Assembly: GCF_964355755.1 (NCBI RefSeq)
Contig: NC_092670.1
Location: forward strand, 7,368,201 to 7,432,200
Length of the DNA stretch: 64,000 nucleotides
DNA from: Antedon mediterranea
Lineage: Eukaryota > Animalia > Echinodermata
Direction of reading: 5' to 3'
In this document: piece by piece, positions 1 to 12,000 of the stretch
Layout: the number at the start of each line of letters is the position of its first letter
How positions within the stretch are numbered: the stretch's first letter is position 1
Position numbers and translations under genes: made by a program
The notes under the pieces: model-generated
Database searches by the model: none
Told to the model about the DNA's origin: nothing
Seen by the model: only the letters and a program-made list of their open reading frames with translations

Positions 1-1913
1 GGGGCTTAGATGGACACCTACTCGTTCACTGCACTGGGTTCTTGTGCACATAAGTCAGATGTGCATTGTATCTCTAGTTTTAATCTGTACGTGAGGAGAC
101 ATGTTTGGGGAGAGATTTCAACATGTGCTAACTTTATGGCTATGGTTTGAAGTGTCCCTGTAACGCTTGGTGTGGAATATGAGAATGGGGTTAGGTATGT
201 TATAACCAAATATAGTACCTATGTATTGAGTATATCCGTATCAGTATTTTTGGACAAGACATAGGTATGTTAGTGGTAGATGTAATTAGGAGAAGACAAA
301 CATTTGCAAGAAACGTTAAAAAAATCAATAGATTCAGAAGGATATATTAATACGCTTTATGTATGCATACTATGATTCTATAACTTTCTAAGAAAATTAA
401 TACCTACTTTATCTGCATACAAATACCTAAAATAAATGTATTGTTTACACTACATATTGCTGATATTTTGTACAACAAAGCGATATTTATGCTACTGGCA
501 ATTCCTGGAGACAAACACTTAAACAAATTTATGACCATGGAAAACTGCAGTGGTTCTGTCACTTATAATCATGAGATTAATAATAGACAATTTAGAAACA
601 AGCCACAGGTAGCTAAGCTAATCATCCAGGCTACTTGGAGAACCAGGGCCTTAGCATTTATCTTTTTACATAAATATCCCCAGGTATCTGTTTATGGGAC
701 ATTAAGGATTTGATGGTTTGGTTAACATGCTATAAGAATATATCTAGTTCACTATTTTAAAATGCAATGGGTTAAATTAAAAAGAATATAAAATTCAGAT
801 TAATGATAGATAATATATAAACACACCACAGGTGTTACTGTTAGCAACACATCCAGGACACTTGGTAAAGTCAGATAATATGCCTGGAAAGTTTATAGTT
901 ACTAGCTACAATTTCAATCAAAAAAGTTGAATAGTTAAAATAAACAAAAAATGTAAATGAATAATGCTAAAATAGACAATTCTCCAGCATATCAGAGCAA
1001 AATCCAAAAATGTTTAGTTAATCATGTGACAGATCAAGTATTTAGTGGCCAGAGCCTTGTTTTGTACGTTACAGATTATTCAGTACAATATAATTGTAGT
1101 GAATTTATAGAGTCTATACTCTATATGTCTTTCTACTATGATCTTATTTTCTCTCCCCATTAATATCTATAAGATTTACTACTTATACTTGACATGCAAA
1201 TTAGGGGCTTCTGAGGAGGATCAAATGTTGCCTCCAAAAGTTTCCCACCAAAATTATACTATTCTGATTGGCTCATAAATTAAGCAGACTAGTCTGAAAC
1301 ATCCTTTATCTAACTACAAGAAATCAGAAACATAATATTATGACAATAATAATTATTTCATAATTTAAAAAAAGGAAATATTAATTAATTATTTGAAAAT
1401 GTAGGTGTCTTTTATGTTAATAGTATAAAGTAAACTAATTATCTTGATAATTGGTTGATGCCACTGTCTCCTGCAGTAATGGAAATAAAATGTCAAGATA
1501 TTTTCAAAACTATAAACAGTGATTTCCTAGAAACGTGGCCTTACTTGCTGGAGTTTATTTGCCATGCAAACAATAATTGTCAACTTGTTTTTAAGTAAAT
1601 TTCTCTTATCAACTCGCAGTAAACAGAGAACACTCGTTTGATTGCCCTTAACCAGTGACTGCTATGTCAACCCACTTATGACAATCTGTTTGAATATACA
1701 ATTTTAAGAAGATCAGGCTTAACGACTAATCATTTTTGTTCAATTATTTCAGTACTATTTGATTTATTTATTTCCTTTCTGACATCAAGCAGTACTCAAT
1801 TCAGGCTTATGGTAATTGCTCATTCAGTTTTTAACTTCAATATTTACTACAATATTATAAATTTATCAATCATTGAAACAAAAGTATCAATAATAATTGT
1901 TGACCTCAATCCT

Positions 1914-2560
1914 CTCATTTCTGATAGCAGACATCTCCTATGGGTACTGTATGTTCAGACTCTTAACAGGAGAGTTAAGGCCCTTTTATACTAGGACGAT
2001 AACGAACAACATAAACATTAATTTCATCAACGAGAGTAATGAATGCTTATTCTATTTTTCTAGGATGAAAACTTTTCTAATTTCTTTTGTTTTCTGTAGA
2101 AAAAATGTATATTTATAAATTTATTGTTAGTTTTTATCATGAATAGTATAAACAGACTTCTAAGTCTGAACAACACCATGGATTAGAGTAAGACAGTTGT
2201 TAATGACACCTGACATCCAGTTCATAAAATTAGAGGCTAGATTCTGGATTAACAAATGCTACTTCTAATATCAGTGATTTGTATGTCTGTCACAGACATG
2301 GCTACCAAGTATAACGAAACTCTAAAATTTGATGGAGGAATTGAGTTAATCAATGTGTCTGAACACAATACACAATTAGTCTAACCAATAAAGTACAAAT
2401 AAAGTAACTTCTATGTCAAGAATATTAAAATAAAAGAAAATTTAATCAACAATTTACAATATTTCTATAGGAATAGCTTCAGTATTCACGAATTATGCAA
2501 TAAACCTTTATAAACAGCCAAATAATGTTTTGAAGATAACTAAAATATCCATTAATTAAT
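1914..2560. repeat. ~640-bp direct repeat, copy 1 (copy 2 at 4540-5159)
   Basis: Near-identical sequence starting CTCATTTCTGATAGCAGACATCTCC. Confidence 0.92.
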
Positions 2561-2768
2561 CGCAAATAAAAATTAAACAAATTGTAACTCTTAAAAATGA
2601 CAACCACTATGAGACCATAATTCAATTTTGCATCCCACCCCACATCTTGATAACTAGTAAAGATGAACATAAATATTATTGCAAATAAATTATTTAAATT
2701 AAAATATAATCAAACAGTTTATTGAAAAAAATGGATGCACTCAAGAGGTAGGAAAATGTGTCACTTAC

Positions 2769-3062
2769 CATTCTTAGTTCTTCTCGTACTGGTTTGAGGG
2801 CGCCAACTCTTCTATTACTACCGTTAAGGCCTTTGTTGCTCCCAGACATCATTAAGTGTTGATAACTAAGACTACTAAGATTGCCGAACTGAAGGTTGGA
2901 TGGGTTCGCTCCGTACGGTTCAAACACTTCGGGGCGCGAAGTTGGAAAACTACTTTCGGAAAGGCACAAACTGCGAGGACGTGGAAAGTGAGGTGCAAAC
3001 AAATTCTGGTTTGATAGATGCTGGAAGCTCAAATTACGTAAACTCTCGGAGCGAATAGGCAT
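2769..3062 (-). CDS. KIF13: KIF13 exon 33, Ser/Pro-rich tail exon, possibly alternative (MPIRSESLR...[10 protein letters not shown])
   Basis: cacAG acceptor, GTAAGT donor, 294 nt, phase 0-0, GC-rich island in AT-rich intron. Confidence 0.78.
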
Positions 3063-6000
3063 CTGTGAAATGATTAGTACAAAAATCCATATAAAGGCAA
3101 CTGAGTAGATTTTGAATATTTGTTGATAATAGTTGAATAATGTTGTTTTTAATTAATTTATGACAGGTACAGATTTTGAGGACAGAGTGTAAGTGAAAGA
3201 AAGAAGGTGAACAAAAAATACAAAGAGTAGGTAGAAAAGATCATATCAATTTATGATAAAGAGGAGATGATGAATGATGAATGAGAATAGTTTTACATAG
3301 TTATGCAATAGACAACAACAAATGATGGAAAAAAGAAATATGAAAGAATAGATGAGCAGATAGAAAGATTAAATATGAAAGAATAGATGAGCAGATAGAA
3401 AGATTAAATTTGTTTTAAAGAGATTGATGGTGATTTTCAATATCAAAACAAGATAAAACAGGAAAAAACCGAATACAACGTCACAGTAAATACAATTACA
3501 GACAAAATCCACCAATATATTTGATAAAAGAAAAATAACAAACCAACAAAACGAAAGAAAACCAACCAACAAAATAACATGCCACAAATTCAATGAATAA
3601 TTTTAACATTACAACAACAAAATATACATTTTCCCAATTATATACAAATTAGATTAAATTATTAAAAATGATTAACAATTTTAAATGGTTATATCATGCA
3701 GAAGTAGGTGTATACATCAAATGTCAATCATGCCATATAAGGAAATCAATCCATATAAGGTATACAAGAGAAGGATATAAAGTTAACAGACAAATAGGAG
3801 ACATTAAGCAACGATACCACACATCGTCAACAGACCAGAGGACATCAATAGCATACGGCAATGAGTATCCAGGCAGAGAATGGTTTAACGAATGCAACAG
3901 GAAAAGAAAACAACTCCGTTAGAAAACCAAATCAACCCAATTCTAAACGCTTTCTTAACTAAAATATGAAAATGTTTCATTTGTAAACATGAAACAACTT
4001 TAATAAGTTGCATTCTATTCACCGAATACAATACATTTTAATATTTGTCTATGGTTCATTGTCTATGTTTGTCAATTTGTTATGTACTTATGTAAATAAT
4101 GTCCACACTAAAAATTGATCGAATATGAATATCAACAATATCCACAATACAACTTAAATATTTACATGCAAAAACCTACAAAAAGTGCAGTCAGTTTGTA
4201 AATCAATTTCAGCAAATATATAGAGTATATGTGCATATTCAACCATTATTCATTGATATCTCAATTTAAATACTGCGGGTTGGGTGGAGGAAGAAATGCT
4301 GATAATTTATATTTATTGCGATAATGTAATTTTTTTTATTGAATAAGTTTTTACATTTTTTTTTCTTATCATCCAACATTTGGAGAGGGATAGGACGTTG
4401 AGCTGAACATAATTTTTATTTGCTCCACAAGGACATAAAATATAAACGAAAATAAATATTCGGATTTAAAAATGTTTATAACTGGAATTTTGTCAGTACT
4501 GATCCTTGATTAAGCTCAAACATGTGTTGTTTTTCTGAACTCATTTCTGATAGCAGACATCTCCTATGGATACTGTATGTTCAGATTCTTAACAGGAGAG
4601 TTAAGGCCCGTTTATACTAGGATGATAACGAACAACATAAAGATTAATTTCATCAACGAGAGTAATGAACGGTTATTCTATTTTTCTAGGATGAAAACTT
4701 TTCTAATTTTTTTTGTTTTCTGTAGAAAAAATGTATATTTATAAATTTATTGTTAGTTTTTATTATGAGTAGTATAAACAGACTTCTAAGTCTGAACTAC
4801 ACCATGGATTAGAGTAAGACAGTTGTTAATTACACCTGACATCCAGAGTTCATAACATTAGAGGATAGACTATATGGATTAACAAATGTTACAGTACTTC
4901 TAGTATCAGTGATTTGTATGCCCGTCACAGACATGGCTGCCAAGTATAACGAAACTCTCAAATTTGATGTAGGAATTGAGAAAGTTAATCAATGTGTCTG
5001 AACACAATACACAATTAGTCTAACCAATAAAGTACAAATAAAGTAACTTCTATGTCAGGAATATTAAAATAAAAAACAATTCAGTAATCACGAATTATGC
5101 AATACACCTTTAACAGTCAAATAATGTTTTGAAGATAACCAAAATATCCATTAATTAATTAACTCAATTTGCAATATACCTGACTATTATTATTAGATCA
5201 TGTTTTTATTGCAAGGTCAAAAACATTGTAAAAATTGTTGATTGTCATAAGTAATACAGTCTTTTTGACTAATTACATAACCAAATCTTATTGACTGTAT
5301 TATATTGCCTTTTGAAACCAAGATCAATGTTTGTTTTGATGAATCAAGATATTGGATAAAATTATGAACAGAAAAATTCAAATATTATTTGTCCTTCAAA
5401 ATGCGGTTTAGTACACCACTTTGCATATTCTATTTTTAGAATTTATAGATGATATATTTATATTGCCTCATAAAGGTAGCAATTGAAAATAATATTTTTT
5501 AATTAATACAAAATATACATTTCAGTAATACAATAGAAACATATAAAGAGGCGATAATTTGGGACCAAATTCCTCATTAGTTGTGTCCCTTGATTAGAGG
5601 TTGACCATAGTGTTAAAACAAATATTTTTTCCATTGTTTGGTGTGTTGGTACCTGAGTAGGGGTGTCTAAAAGGAGAGGTTCATTTTCTTTTAGTTGACA
5701 ATAACTGAAAGCTTTCAATAAAAAAATAGTTGAATTATACCATATTTATTATAAACCCTTTATAAATGAATAACATTAATATTAACAGTTATATTTCTGT
5801 GATAACTCATAATCAGTGGTGCTTTATATACTGTCATAACATTGGTTGAAAGTAGTGGAGCTGTAGCTTGGTGGTTAACGTGCTTGCCTTCCAATCCCAA
5901 GGTCCCGGGTTCAATCCTGACCTAGTGCAGGGTTGTAACTCATGACTCTTTCAACTCCACTCCCTAAGCCTCAAATGAGACTTAGTTTATAAGCACGATA

Positions 6001-9000
6001 AATTAATAAATAGTTTATCTATCCTGTAATTGCCGAGTTACTCGCTGTTGGATGAGTATGAAATAAAAAATAAATAAAAAAATAAAAAAAAATAAAGTTT
6101 TTAATTTCTTTTTAAACTGATTGCAAATCATCTAAAACAAGTTACGATTCGCCAAATTGGTTTAGAAAAATTGTTTGTGAAAAAATGTTTTGTAAAATAT
6201 ATATTATTCTGTGTTTGGTCTACAAACATGTTAACTTGAAAATTACTTATATTGTATAGAAAAAGTACAGGTATGAATTTTATATCACATTAAGACCTAT
6301 TTTTACATCATAATAGTCATTACATTATTATAAATATGTGTAGATAAGCAGTGTGGAAAAACACATAAGAATTTTAAATGAATACATATCCATTAATATG
6401 ATAAATGTTCACAAAGAAAAATATAATCATACATTTATAAGCTGGTAAAAATTTATTCTCATGAGGGATTCGCATTATCTCCAAAAATGTGTAACCGTTC
6501 ATTTTAATGAGTCAAGTGAGGTGGGATGATTTTGTAATGTTTTCTTCTTACTACGACAGTACTATGATTTATTGTTTTATTCAACAGTTTTGTATGTATT
6601 TTATTGTACTAAATTCTTTATATTAAAATGTTAATATTGAATCAACAAAAAAAAAAAAATAATGTACCACTTGTATGTTGTTCAAATTTGTAATAAAACA
6701 AAATAATAGATTGCTATAGCCTTGAATCAACCTTTTAGACATTGGAGTTTAGAAGACATTTTACTGTGAAACAAACATACAAAAATATATTTCAACACTA
6801 ATGGCAAACCTCTATTCAGCTCTATTAAGGGACAGTTTGTTGGGTGCCAAACGTGTGATCTTAATAAATGTGAGTAGGATTATTAAATTGAATCACATTG
6901 TAAAGATAAGAAGTTGAAAATAAGCATGGTAAATTGGAGTTTAGAAGACACTTTCCTGTGAAACGAACCTATTAAAATATATGTTAACACTATGGTAAAC
7001 CTCTATTCAGCTCTATTAAGGGACAGTTTGTTGGGTAAGGTGTGATCTTAATAAATGTGGTACTGCATGAAGTAGAATTATTGCATTGTATCACATTGTA
7101 AAGATAAGAAGTTGAAATAAGCATTGTAAATTGGAGTTTAGAAGACACTTTCCTGTGAAACGAACCTATTAAAATTTATTTTAACACCATGGCAGCTCTT
7201 ATTAAGATACAGTTTGTTGGGTCCCGAAGGTTTGATCTTAATAAGGTGGTACTGCACAGAGTAGAATTATTGCATTGTAAAGATAAGAAGTTGAAAATTT
7301 ATGAAAATTCAATGCAATGCAATATTAAGTAGATTCGGATTTCTTGTAACCAAGTACATTATGCATGAGAAGCATGATACCATAAGTCGTTAATGCCGTT
7401 TTAATTACAGCACTGACATCAACACAATCACAAGATTCAGAGTGTTATCGGGAATTAATCATACACAAATGCATATCATATTATCATAATTTTGTCAATA
7501 AAGTTTATATTCAATTCATAAAAAAATGCTATTCTTGTACATGGCTCAATTTATTAGTAGCCTCTAGTCGTAGGTAATAGCCCCAATTCTAGTTTTGATG
7601 ATTTTCCGGGTTACTAAATTCAGGTAATTGAATACCTGGATAGAAATTGAGGGGGCTTTGGTTATTAACAAACACATTACGCAATTTATTAAGAATATTT
7701 TATGTCTGAAATGCTATTAGCCAAACTTGTAACTCTTTATCTTGTTATCATTTCAACGGCACTTTAATCATAGAGGCAGAATCCATAGCTTAACATAAAT
7801 TTTGAGATGGTTATTTATAGATCATGCTATTCTGAATCTCTTAATAGCAATGATACAGATGGTATAGCAAGTGTCACAATAATAATAAAGCATTCAACTT
7901 TGCTCTGTAAAATTACAATATCTAGTGTAACACACTTGAACCTGTGGGGACATCTCTTGAAAGTGAAAGATTTCCCATAACAGACTGTCATTCACAATTT
8001 TTTTATTATCTATATTCTGTATAGAATTAATGCATAACGGTTCCTTCATAGGGGGTTCTAGATGGCCCCCAAATGTTAAATTATGTGATGGTGCTATGCA
8101 ATCATATGTCTGTCTGGGAACTGGGAAACCTGATACCATTATTAAAAAAGTTTTATATGTTGTTCTATATGTCAATTTTATATTGTAAATCAATTGTATG
8201 TATGAAATATGTATATCATGTTTTTGTTATTATTAACACAGCAGTATAGAGTCATCTTACATACATAATAATATATATATGAAATCCAGTATTACACACA
8301 CTAAAATCACTTTCTATCCGGGTACTGGGATACTTGATACCATTATTAAGTTTTATATGTTGTTCTATATATGTCAATAATTTATTAAATTGTAAATCAT
8401 ATTAAATTAATGATAATGTATGTATATAAAAAGGATATCATGTTTTTGTTATTATAACACAGCAGTATAGAATTATCTTACAAACATAATAATATATGTA
8501 TGAAATTCTATACATTATATGTAATATCTGTATCACTATATGACAAAGTGTACATTATGATAATCAAGTAGTTATACCATGCGAGTTTTCGACAGCTTTA
8601 ATACAATGTTTAGTTAGCAAGTTAAGAAAATATTAAAATGTCATAAACAGAATCAAGGTCTTGCATTGAAATTAAAATCCATAGGGAGCACTTAGCAAAA
8701 ATAATATTTCTATGTTGCTATTAAAACTATATTGCTATCAAAGTACTTTTTTAGGTAGCTGTATGTAATATAGGAGAAGCGGGAGAGAGTGACAGTTGTT
8801 ATTAATCTCTCATATTTACTAAAATTACAGTCTGCTTTTATCTCTCATATTGGCTAAAACAGTGCATACATTAATCTCTCATATTGACTAAAACAGTCTG
8901 TATTCATCTCAAATAGAGAGAACATAATTATTGGCTAAAATAGAGGAAATAATGTATTCAAAAATGTGCGTCACTTTAACTTCATTTTTTTTTCATTTGC

Positions 9001-12000
9001 ATTTTGGGAAAGAGCAAATAACATTGTGAGCTTAAGACTTTGCAGTGTGACAATAATAGATCATCAGTAATAGTCTGCAATTGTACTTCTCCGCATTTGC
9101 ATTTACCAACACAAGATCACAGGAATTAGGAACGGACTATGCGCTCAAGACTGGAGAAAATGGCAGCAAGAGAGGTGGTGACTATGATGAGCACACCAAC
9201 AGAGAATGAGCATACTGATTGACTCCTAACTCTTTGTACATCATGATCCACATTTTTTTCTAAAGACAAGTAAATGAAGGTAATGATCTTGCCAAAGCTA
9301 GATGCCACTGACTGGGTATGAACTCAGCCCTGGTCTTTGAGTTCCCTACAACTGTGCCATCTTGATCTTATGTAAAAATATCCCTGAACCAACTACTTCC
9401 AAAGTCCTATACTCAAGATGTGTTCAGAGGTACATTCAATTACTGTGAAATCTTAATGTATACAATATGTATCCAATGAACGAAAGCTTTGTAAGTTCCC
9501 TTCAACATGCTACCCAGAAGAAAATGAAAGAAAAAAAAACACAAACAGCAGAACTCCTCAAATATTTGCAGTACTGTTTCGTCATTTGTGAACCCAATTT
9601 AATTTAATCCAGGCCTTTGAAAAAGATAGTTTTACACACTCGCTCAATAGAAATAGATAACCTTATCTTTAAGTCCAAGGGATTCCAAATTCTATTTTAC
9701 CATTATAAAAACACATTAGGAATATCAGAATTTCTGGAAGGGAGATTTTATTTAAATTATAATAATGAAAGAGGTAATTGAGGGCCTTACTTGTCAAGTG
9801 TATTGAGGAGTTCTACTGTACTGTTTACTAGAATCAATCAATGCCTATAGTACTCACCCTAAATTCATTGTCAAAGCTTTCAGACCGTGACATGTCATAG
9901 GTTGAAGACATGGCAGCTTGCTGTCAACAAAAATACAAAGTCAAGCTAATTAAGTAATATGTTATAATTATTCGCTATTGAAAAAATGTGTAAATAATGT
10001 TTTAATGGAAGCAGAAAAACTTTAAACCACCCAGTGATAATGTTGATATGACTAATAATGTGAAAAAATAAAGAAAATAAAACTTTAGTAAAAAAGTTGC
10101 CAAAACTAGAAACTGAAATAAAAATATTTTGCTTGATACTTGCTCCCTTGCATATGAGACATTCAGAATCGTACAATCCTAAACTTTTTACATATTTGTT
10201 TCTCTTACAAAATGGTGGACCTTTCAATCACAATTAAAAAATAACTACAGTACTGCGCATACAAAAAACTATAGCCAAAATAACTATAATACTCACATGT
10301 ATATTAGGTACGCTAGCAGTTTTCCGAACTAATTTTCCCTGAGCTGAGAGTTTCTCCTTGATGATAACCTCTTGTCTCAGTCGATCCAATGCAAGTATAC
10401 TCTCCACTGCAGATACTCCTTTGGTATATTTTTCAATGTAGGATTCCCCTTCTTTGTTCTCAGCACCTGTGGCTGCCATCATGGCCAGGGTCTCCCTGTC
10501 TTCTGGATCTTCAAGGGCCTAGTAAATACAAAGAAACTTAAGCTTGGTCTACACTATCAAATTAGTTTGACAGAAAAAAGTGTGATGTGCCCAAATATGG
10601 TAGTTGTATATGACATCATTGTGTCCATATATGGGCATATCACAATTTGTTTGATAGTGTAGACAGAGCTTTGTACAAGTCCATGTTATTTTGTTGTCAT
10701 CCTAATATACCAGTCAATAACACAAGTACATGAGTATCATGAAAGAAACTTACCTTTGGAATGTTTGCGACTATTTCATAAGTAACACCGGAAGAACGAT
10801 GCGTTTCCTATTAAAACAAATGGAATGGATTTTAAATTTTACTAGCAACTTTATATAGTGGGTTCTAAAAGACAAAAGCATTAGTAAAAAAAACAAAACA
10901 TATATGATCACAATTGCAACCCATTCCACAAAAGAATGCTAAAGATTAAAACGAACACATTAATGAACTAGTTATACTAATTATAATGTGATCATTATCG
11001 AATAATTTTCTTTTGCATGAAATTTATCTTAAAGATTAGAGCTCATTTGTTATTATAAACTAAAAAAACTTAATTAACATACAGGCTTAATGTGGTGGTC
11101 AGATCATATTTTTAGAGTCCTGATTTAAATAAATTGGTTGGTTATTGGCTTGAACTAATGGTTTGGTAGTGAATTCCAGTCATTTACAACTCTAACTTAA
11201 ATAATTATCAGATAGTATATACTAAATAAATTCCTGTCCTTTGGATCGCCTCATGAAAATATAATTTCATCTTTCACCTAATGAAATTATTTGTACCATC
11301 GCACTCGTAAACATTTATTATTTGTATACTATTTTGGTGGTGCAATACTAGTACTATTTCTTACCACTTTAGATATTTTGCGTTTCAAGGTGGATGCAAG
11401 ACTTTGTTTCTTGTACACATTTACACATATGCGTTTACGTAGCACGAGTTCCATCATGGCTGGATGACTTAGTTGAACTATGACCTTGATTATCAGGTAG
11501 ATACGCTCATCTTGTGAAGTCACTCTGTTCAGATATGCTGAGTCATGTATAGATGAATCCCATGATGCAATAGCACACACCTGTTTATGGATATGGAAAA
11601 GACAAGTTATGTATTACAATATTAAAGTATATTATTTTTGTTTATGATTTGGACAGTACAATATTAGTACCTGTTATGCTTTATACCTTTTAATTGAATG
11701 AACATACTGCTTTTTCCTTTTTAATAAATTTTAATATAACAAAATATTTCTTTTTGATAGATATTTAATTGTTCACATGTTAATAAGATTATTCTTCAAA
11801 ATCTTAAAAACACAGTTATACCTATCACATGGAAAAATACGGAGATGACATGTCAGTCAACAAAATTATTAAGTGAACACTCATAAATACTGGAAACATT
11901 CAATAAGTTTCTACTGTAAAACCTGTTTTTATCTCCTTTTCTGTATAATAAATTAATTTTGACTTAATATGTACAGATCTATGCTTCTTGTAACTTCTGA

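Noticed and set aside
18-209. Minus-strand ORF as the next KIF13 exon
   Set aside because: Available acceptors give stops in phase 0; no recognisable motif such as CAP-Gly.
1914-5159. LTR retrotransposon
   Set aside because: No TG...CA termini, primer-binding site, TSD or gag/pol sequence; the interior is host exon and intron.
5503-5718. 71-aa ORF
   Set aside because: Overlaps a Tc1/pogo-type MITE-like remnant (ACCTCTAATCAAGGGACAC); wrong phase for KIF13.
5856-5930. tRNA-Gly gene
   Set aside because: Stems do not pair properly; continues into a shared SINE body and A-rich tail, with several decayed copies.
9126-9420. GC-richer block and 60-aa ORF as an exon
   Set aside because: No phase-compatible splice-site pair found; probably a decayed repeat.
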